Assembly (NCBI GenBank): GCA_039588275.1
Contig: JBDHAC010000013.1
Coordinates: 1-64,000 of the forward strand
Length of the DNA stretch: 64,000 bases
DNA from: Gemmatimonadota bacterium
Lineage (GTDB): Bacteria > Gemmatimonadota > Gemmatimonadetes > Palauibacterales > Palauibacteraceae
Direction: 5' to 3'
The notes under the pieces are model-generated. The model had not been told where the DNA came from. It saw only the letters and a program-made list of their open reading frames with translations, and made no database searches. Each line of letters opens with the position of its first letter. The stretch's first letter is position 1. Position numbers and translations under genes: made by a program. Below, piece by piece: positions 59,160 through 64,000 of this stretch.

Positions 59160-60254
59160 TCACTCCTGTAGTCGGTCCGGCAGCCGTGCCTCCGGAAGCA
59201 GGTCACGGAAGCTATCCCCGTACAGCTCCCACACGGTGATGAACAGAGCCGCCACGATCGGTCCGATCAGGACGCCGGCCGCACCGAAGAGGAACAGCCC
59301 GCCGAGGGTGCCAAGCAGGATGAGGAGGTCCGGCATCTTGGTGTCGCGTCCGACCAGCCACGGTCGCATGAGGTTATCGACGGTCCCCACCACCGCGCCG
59401 CACCAGACTGCCAGGCCGATGCCGGCGCCCGTCTGCCCCACCGCGAGCAGGTAGATGACCGCCGGTCCCCACACGAGCGCGGTGCCGACCCCGGGGACGA
59501 TGGAGAGTACGGCCATCACCGTGCCCCAGAATGCGGCGGCCGGAATCCCCACGACCGCGAAGCCCGCGCCGGCGAGCGTTCCCTGTACGATGCCGATGAG
59601 CAGGGTCCCTTTGACCATCGCCCGCGTAACCGACACGAACTTTTCCAGCATGCGATGCTCGTCTTCGCTCGATAGCGGCATGTAGTACAGGATCCGACCG
59701 AGGACGGACCGACCGTCCTTCAAGAAGAAGAACATCGCGTACAACATCACGAAGAGCAGGAACAGCACCTGGACCGTTCCGCGTGTGACGGCGGCGAGGC
59801 TGCGGACCACGAAACCTCCCACCGAACCGGCCAGTTCGGCGGCTTTCTGCTGGATTTGATCGCTATACGGGGCTATCGCGTCGGCGAACGGTAGCCGCTC
59901 GAGAAGGCGGTCGATCTGATCCGGCTGGCTCATCTGCTGCTGGACCCAGGGGCCGACCGACTGGCTGACTTGAACCGCCTGGTTCGCCACGATCCCCATG
60001 AACCCGGCGAGCGGGCCGAGGACGAGGAGGAAGAACAGAACCAACGTGATGAGCGAGGCCGCCGCCTTTCGTCCTTTGAACCAGCCGAGGAAGCGGCGGT
60101 AGACGGGGTGCGCGAGGCCGCTGAAGATAGCCCCCAGGAAGAGGGCCGTGATGAACGGGCGAATCATCGCCAGGAACAGCCACGAGATCCCGATTACCAA
60201 CAGCAACAGAAACGCAGCCCGGAACTTTACGGGGTCGAGTGTCTTCTCGGTCAT
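59160..60254 (-). CDS. AI-2E family transporter
   Basis: FFFLKDG, SIVPGVGTALVWGP, DNLMRPWLVG, GG..LFGAAGVLIGP. Confidence 0.92.
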   Translation of the reverse strand: MTEKTLDPVKFRAAFLLLLVIGISWLFLAMIRPFITALFLGAIFSGLAHPVYRRFLGWFKGRKAAASLITLVLFFLLVLGPLAGFMGIVANQAVQVSQSVGPWVQQQMSQPDQIDRLLERLPFADAIAPYSDQIQQKAAELAGSVGGFVVRSLAAVTRGTVQVLFLLFVMLYAMFFFLKDGRSVLGRILYYMPLSSEDEHRMLEKFVSVTRAMVKGTLLIGIVQGTLAGAGFAVVGIPAAAFWGTVMAVLSIVPGVGTALVWGPAVIYLLAVGQTGAGIGLAVWCGAVVGTVDNLMRPWLVGRDTKMPDLLILLGTLGGLFLFGAAGVLIGPIVAALFITVWELYGDSFRDLLPEARLPDRLQE

Positions 60255-60267
60255 CTGCTCACTTCCT

Positions 60268-61164
60268 TCATCTTTCCTTGTCCGCGCCCTCTGCCTCCCG
60301 CCGCCAGCGGCGCGCGTCTTCACCCAACTCCCGAAGGAGGCTCGCCGTGGCGGCGGCGCGACCGATCCAGAAATCGGCCAGCTCGGGCGCCACGGAGGCG
60401 GTGCGATCGTGGCGCTGCGCCCAACCTGCCGCTTCCCCCGCCAGCCAGCCGAGCGTCACCTCCGGATCCTGACCCAGCATGGCTCTCAAGATGAACCGGC
60501 GCTCGCCTACCCTGAGTCCCAGCCCCAGCTCGCGCCCGGCCCTGGCGAGGTCGGACCGCGTGAGGACCAGTCCGCTGCGGACCGGGCTCAGCAGTGCAGC
60601 CAAGAACTCGCCTGATCCGCTCGAAGCTCTCGGATCGGGCATCGGCGGCGCCACGCGGAGTGCCAGCGGCAGGCGGTCCAGCGCCCCGAGGTCCGCGATC
60701 TCTTGTTCGATGGCGACCTCCAGGAGCTCGCCCCAACCGTCGTAGAACGGCGGTGCGATATCCCGCAGCTTGGCGAGAAACGTCGGAACCCAGCTGGCCA
60801 GGTGCTCCCAGAGGCACGCATGGCGAGTGCGACGCCAAACCGATCGGGCGCCGGAGCCGGCGGCCGTGCGCTCCAGCTCCGTGAGCCGCGCATACAGCCC
60901 GAGCAGTGTGGCGAGATGATCCGGCTCGGTCGGCGGAGTCTCGTCGAGGGCGCGCCAGAAGCCGGCCACCCGGTCACGAGCCTCTCCCCCCAGGTGGCCC
61001 TCGAGGCCCAGATACACGGACGCGAAGGGATATAGCTGAAACAAGAAGAGATCGCTGTACGCGGCTGTATCCGGCACCGGCCCGAGGTCGAGGAGCGCGG
61101 CCACCGAGGCGGTCTCCGGTGTCGGGGTCTCGACCAGGCTTCCGAGAGCCCTGAAGAGCTCCAT
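60268..61164 (-). CDS. TorD/DmsD-family molybdoenzyme maturation chaperone
   Basis: YPFASVYL, EPDHLATLL, EHLASWVP.F. Immediately downstream of the molybdoenzyme. Confidence 0.85.
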   Translation of the reverse strand: MELFRALGSLVETPTPETASVAALLDLGPVPDTAAYSDLFLFQLYPFASVYLGLEGHLGGEARDRVAGFWRALDETPPTEPDHLATLLGLYARLTELERTAAGSGARSVWRRTRHACLWEHLASWVPTFLAKLRDIAPPFYDGWGELLEVAIEQEIADLGALDRLPLALRVAPPMPDPRASSGSGEFLAALLSPVRSGLVLTRSDLARAGRELGLGLRVGERRFILRAMLGQDPEVTLGWLAGEAAGWAQRHDRTASVAPELADFWIGRAAATASLLRELGEDARRWRREAEGADKER

Positions 61165-61167
61165 GCC

Positions 61168-63999
61168 CTATTCCTCCGAGGAGTCCAGCCGATAGGCCCG
61201 GGCCGTGGGCCGCACGGGTCGGATCAGCCAGCTGGGTCTGCGCGTACCGTCAGGAGAGTGCGCGCTCGCGGAGCGCGATTTGGACAACCACTCGTGGTAC
61301 GCGCGTTGGGATTTCTCCGGATCGACCCGGATGTCCCCGTACCGATCACCGGGTCCCGCCGCCCGCACCAGAACGGCCTGGTGCCAGCAGTGCATGCCCG
61401 AGACGGGATCGGGGTGGACGGGAAAGGTGAGGTTCTGGTGCACTCCCACATCGGTCCACCAGATGCGGGAGGTGTCGGGATCGGTCGACTCGTAGGGCCG
61501 CGCCCCGGTGCGGCGACGGAGACTCCACCCGTCCTCACCGTGTTCCAGATCGACGGTCGCCATGAGCTGGCGCTGGCCCTCGTCGGCGAGCTTCCAACGC
61601 CCCATGTGGTGGCTGCAGGCCACCACCCCCGGTCGGATCCCCTCCGTGACCCAGGCCTTCACGACGAAGTAGCCGATCTTCGTCTCCACGCGCACGAGCG
61701 TCCCCGTCTCGAGGCCGAGCGGCTTCGCGTCCTCCGGGTGAATCCACAGCGGGTTCGTGTGGGAGATCTCATCCAACCACTTCGAGTTCGCGCTGCGCGT
61801 GTGAATCTGCACCGGGAGCCGGAATGTAGAGATCAGGACTTTCTGGTCGTCGGCCAACGCATCGGGGTGCACGTGGCTTTTGATGTACGTGGGCAGGGCG
61901 TACTCGGGCCAACCCCATTGCGCGAGCGTGGGTGAGTAGAACTCGAGCCGGCCGCTCGGTGTCGGGAAGCCGCGCAGAACGTTGCCCTCCACTCGCACGC
62001 CGACGGGCCATCTGCCGTTCTCGTCGGGATCGGGTGCACCCGTCGGGGCCAGGTTGATCGCGGCCGGTTTCGGAGCTCGTGTATACACCCGGCCGAAACG
62101 GTCTTCCGATACGTCCTCGAGCTGCTCCTCGGGCACCGCCTGATCGTACACCGGCCCGACGGAGCCGGATACCTCGAACGCCCCGTAACGCCTCATGTAC
62201 TTCAGCGGCGTGAGCCCGTCGGACGCTGCCGCCTCGGCCAGCCCGGGAACCGAGCGCTCGAAGATGTACCCGTAGTACTCATCGATGCTCAGACGCTCGC
62301 CCGGTCGCTCGGCCGACTCCACGAACTCACGGATCCCTAGCTTTCCGTCGGGGTCGATGCGCCAGGACAGCTCGAGCCAGAACTCATTTTCTTCCCATAT
62401 GTTACCAGGATTCACCTCACGTGTATCCGAGATAGACTCGCCGAGCCGCTCGCGCGCCTCGCGCAGCACGGGCTGCCGGAATCCTATCCACTGTCCATCG
62501 TGCGTCTCGAGGGAGTGGATGTCGTGCCGCTCGGCGGCGTTTCCCATCGGAAGCACGTAGTCGGCGAAGAACGCGGTCTCGTTCCAGGTCGGGGTAAGGG
62601 CGACGTGAAGCCCGACCTTCGTGTCATCGGTCAGGACCTCTAACCACGTGAAACCGTCCGGGTTGGTCCACACCGGATTGTAGACGCGGGTGAAGTACAC
62701 ATCGAGCGTGCCGCGCCCCTCCTTCAGCTGGTGGGGAAGCAGGAAGGAAAGCTCGTACATGCTGAGCGGGTACTCGTCGGGCCAGGTGAGCTCGTTCCAG
62801 TGCTCGGGGTGCCGCGGGAGACGGATGGGCTGCGGGACGAACTTGTTCCAGGCATTCGGATACGTACCTCCCGGAGTCGCTATCGCGCCCATCAGGGCGT
62901 TCAGCAGGAAGAGCGTGCGTGACACCTGCCACCCTCCCTCGTTCCCCGCTGCCGCGCTCCGCCAGTTGTGGGTCGACAGCCGGGTGCCTGCCGTAGAGAC
63001 GACCCGCGCGACCTCCTCCAGCTGCTCCACTCCGATCCCCGACTCGAGCGCGGCGAGCTCGAAGGTGTACTCCGCGTACAGCCGCTTCAGCTCCGCTTCG
63101 AAGCGCTCGAACGTCTGTGGCCCCTCCGGGTGCACCGCGGCGAGACACTCCTCCCAGTTCCACCAACGGCGCACGAATTCCCGGTCGTAGAGATCGTGCT
63201 GGATCAGGTGGTTCGCGATCGACAGCAGGACGGCGGCCTCGGAGCCAGGCTGTGTCGGCAGCCAATGATCCGCGTGCGTGGCGGTATTCGAGAGCCGTGT
63301 GTCGAGGACGATCAGCTTCGCGCCCCGCGTCTTCCCCTCCATGATCCGCTGCGCATGCGGGTTGAAGTAGTGCCCCGCCTCGAGGTGCGCGCTCACCAGG
63401 AGGATCACGTCGGCGTGGCCGTGGTCGGGGCTCGGTCGATCGATCCCGCACCAGAACTGGTATCCGGCCCGCGCGGCCGACGAGCAGATGTTCGTGTGCG
63501 AGTTGTGTCCATCGACGCCCCACGCGGCCATGATGCGCTCGGTGAATCCGTCTTCACCCGGTCGGCCGACGTGGTACATGATCTCGCGCTGGCGGCCTTC
63601 TTCGAGCGCGGTTCGAATGCGGCTCGCGATATCGTCCAGCGCCTCGTCCCATGAGACCTGGACCCACTTTCCCTCCCCGCGCTCCCCCGCCCGCTTCAGG
63701 GGGTGCAGAATGCGATCGGGGTCGACGACCTGGTTGAGCGTGGCGGGCCCCTTGGCGCAATTGCGACCGCGCGATCCGGGGTGCTCGGGGTTCCCCTCGA
63801 ACTTACTGACCTGGAGCGTGTCCCGGTCCACGTACGCCAACAGTCCACAGGCGGATTCGCAGTTGAAGCAGGTGGTCGGAACCAGCATGTAGCGGCGCTC
63901 CCGACGCTCCGGCCAGGCCCTCGAGTCCAGCTCCACCCAATCGTCCCAGCGCTCCTTCGGCGGGAACGACGCCAGGTGCACCCGGCTCGGGCCCGGATA
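61168..63999 (-). CDS. DMSO-reductase-family bis-MGD molybdopterin oxidoreductase catalytic subunit (5'-truncated by window)
   Basis: 4Fe-4S motif CFNCESAC...NCAKG, DPDRIL.PLKR.GERGEGKW, HTNICSS (putative Mo-ligand Cys), C-terminal LWIHPEDA. Frame stays open to the window edge. Confidence 0.92.
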   Translation of the reverse strand, partial: YPGPSRVHLASFPPKERWDDWVELDSRAWPERRERRYMLVPTTCFNCESACGLLAYVDRDTLQVSKFEGNPEHPGSRGRNCAKGPATLNQVVDPDRILHPLKRAGERGEGKWVQVSWDEALDDIASRIRTALEEGRQREIMYHVGRPGEDGFTERIMAAWGVDGHNSHTNICSSAARAGYQFWCGIDRPSPDHGHADVILLVSAHLEAGHYFNPHAQRIMEGKTRGAKLIVLDTRLSNTATHADHWLPTQPGSEAAVLLSIANHLIQHDLYDREFVRRWWNWEECLAAVHPEGPQTFERFEAELKRLYAEYTFELAALESGIGVEQLEEVARVVSTAGTRLSTHNWRSAAAGNEGGWQVSRTLFLLNALMGAIATPGGTYPNAWNKFVPQPIRLPRHPEHWNELTWPDEYPLSMYELSFLLPHQLKEGRGTLDVYFTRVYNPVWTNPDGFTWLEVLTDDTKVGLHVALTPTWNETAFFADYVLPMGNAAERHDIHSLETHDGQWIGFRQPVLREARERLGESISDTREVNPGNIWEENEFWLELSWRIDPDGKLGIREFVESAERPGERLSIDEYYGYIFERSVPGLAEAAASDGLTPLKYMRRYGAFEVSGSVGPVYDQAVPEEQLEDVSEDRFGRVYTRAPKPAAINLAPTGAPDPDENGRWPVGVRVEGNVLRGFPTPSGRLEFYSPTLAQWGWPEYALPTYIKSHVHPDALADDQKVLISTFRLPVQIHTRSANSKWLDEISHTNPLWIHPEDAKPLGLETGTLVRVETKIGYFVVKAWVTEGIRPGVVACSHHMGRWKLADEGQRQLMATVDLEHGEDGWSLRRRTGARPYESTDPDTSRIWWTDVGVHQNLTFPVHPDPVSGMHCWHQAVLVRAAGPGDRYGDIRVDPEKSQRAYHEWLSKSRSASAHSPDGTRRPSWLIRPVRPTARAYRLDSSEE

Positions 64000-64000
64000 G

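Noticed and set aside
61168..63999. Arsenate reductase/arsenite oxidase linked to arsRM, or a Sec-containing formate dehydrogenase
   Set aside because: It is 47 kb from arsRM, has no in-frame TGA, and its substrate cannot be assigned from motifs alone.

Overview
High-GC bacterial chromosomal segment with about 50 densely packed protein genes. I saw no rRNA, tRNA, CRISPR array, integrase or transposase. The gene repertoire (ADOP-type duplicated permease, Ser/Thr kinase-TPR receptor, two VPS10/BNR propeller proteins, MoxR-vWA-DUF58-DUF4159 operon) suggests a Gemmatimonadota/Acidobacteriota-like organism; this is inference only. The best candidate for a new system is a stress/dormancy cassette at 4.3-9.9 kb: USP, RtcB RNA ligase, archease, two CBS-pair proteins, and a baeRF (aeRF1/Pelota-like, Balon-type) putative ribosome hibernation factor. 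It mirrors the M. tuberculosis DosR cluster Rv2623-Rv2631. Here it also ends in a glutaredoxin that the ORF track splits in two, whose active site reads U(TGA)-P-Y-C and is followed by a bSECIS-like hairpin, so it is a probable selenoprotein. Other content: arsR-arsM with a consensus leaderless promoter and two operator palindromes, aceB-aceA with a sigma54-like promoter, an 8-gene MoxR/vWA envelope operon, an orphan Tat-exported LanC-like protein preceded by an unannotated 33-aa membrane peptide, a secreted DRREDRR heptad-repeat protein, a lipoprotein serpin, a CxxCH Reeler-like protein, and a 5'-truncated DMSO-reductase-family molybdoenzyme with a TorD-like chaperone. All assignments come from motif recognition; no database searches were run.
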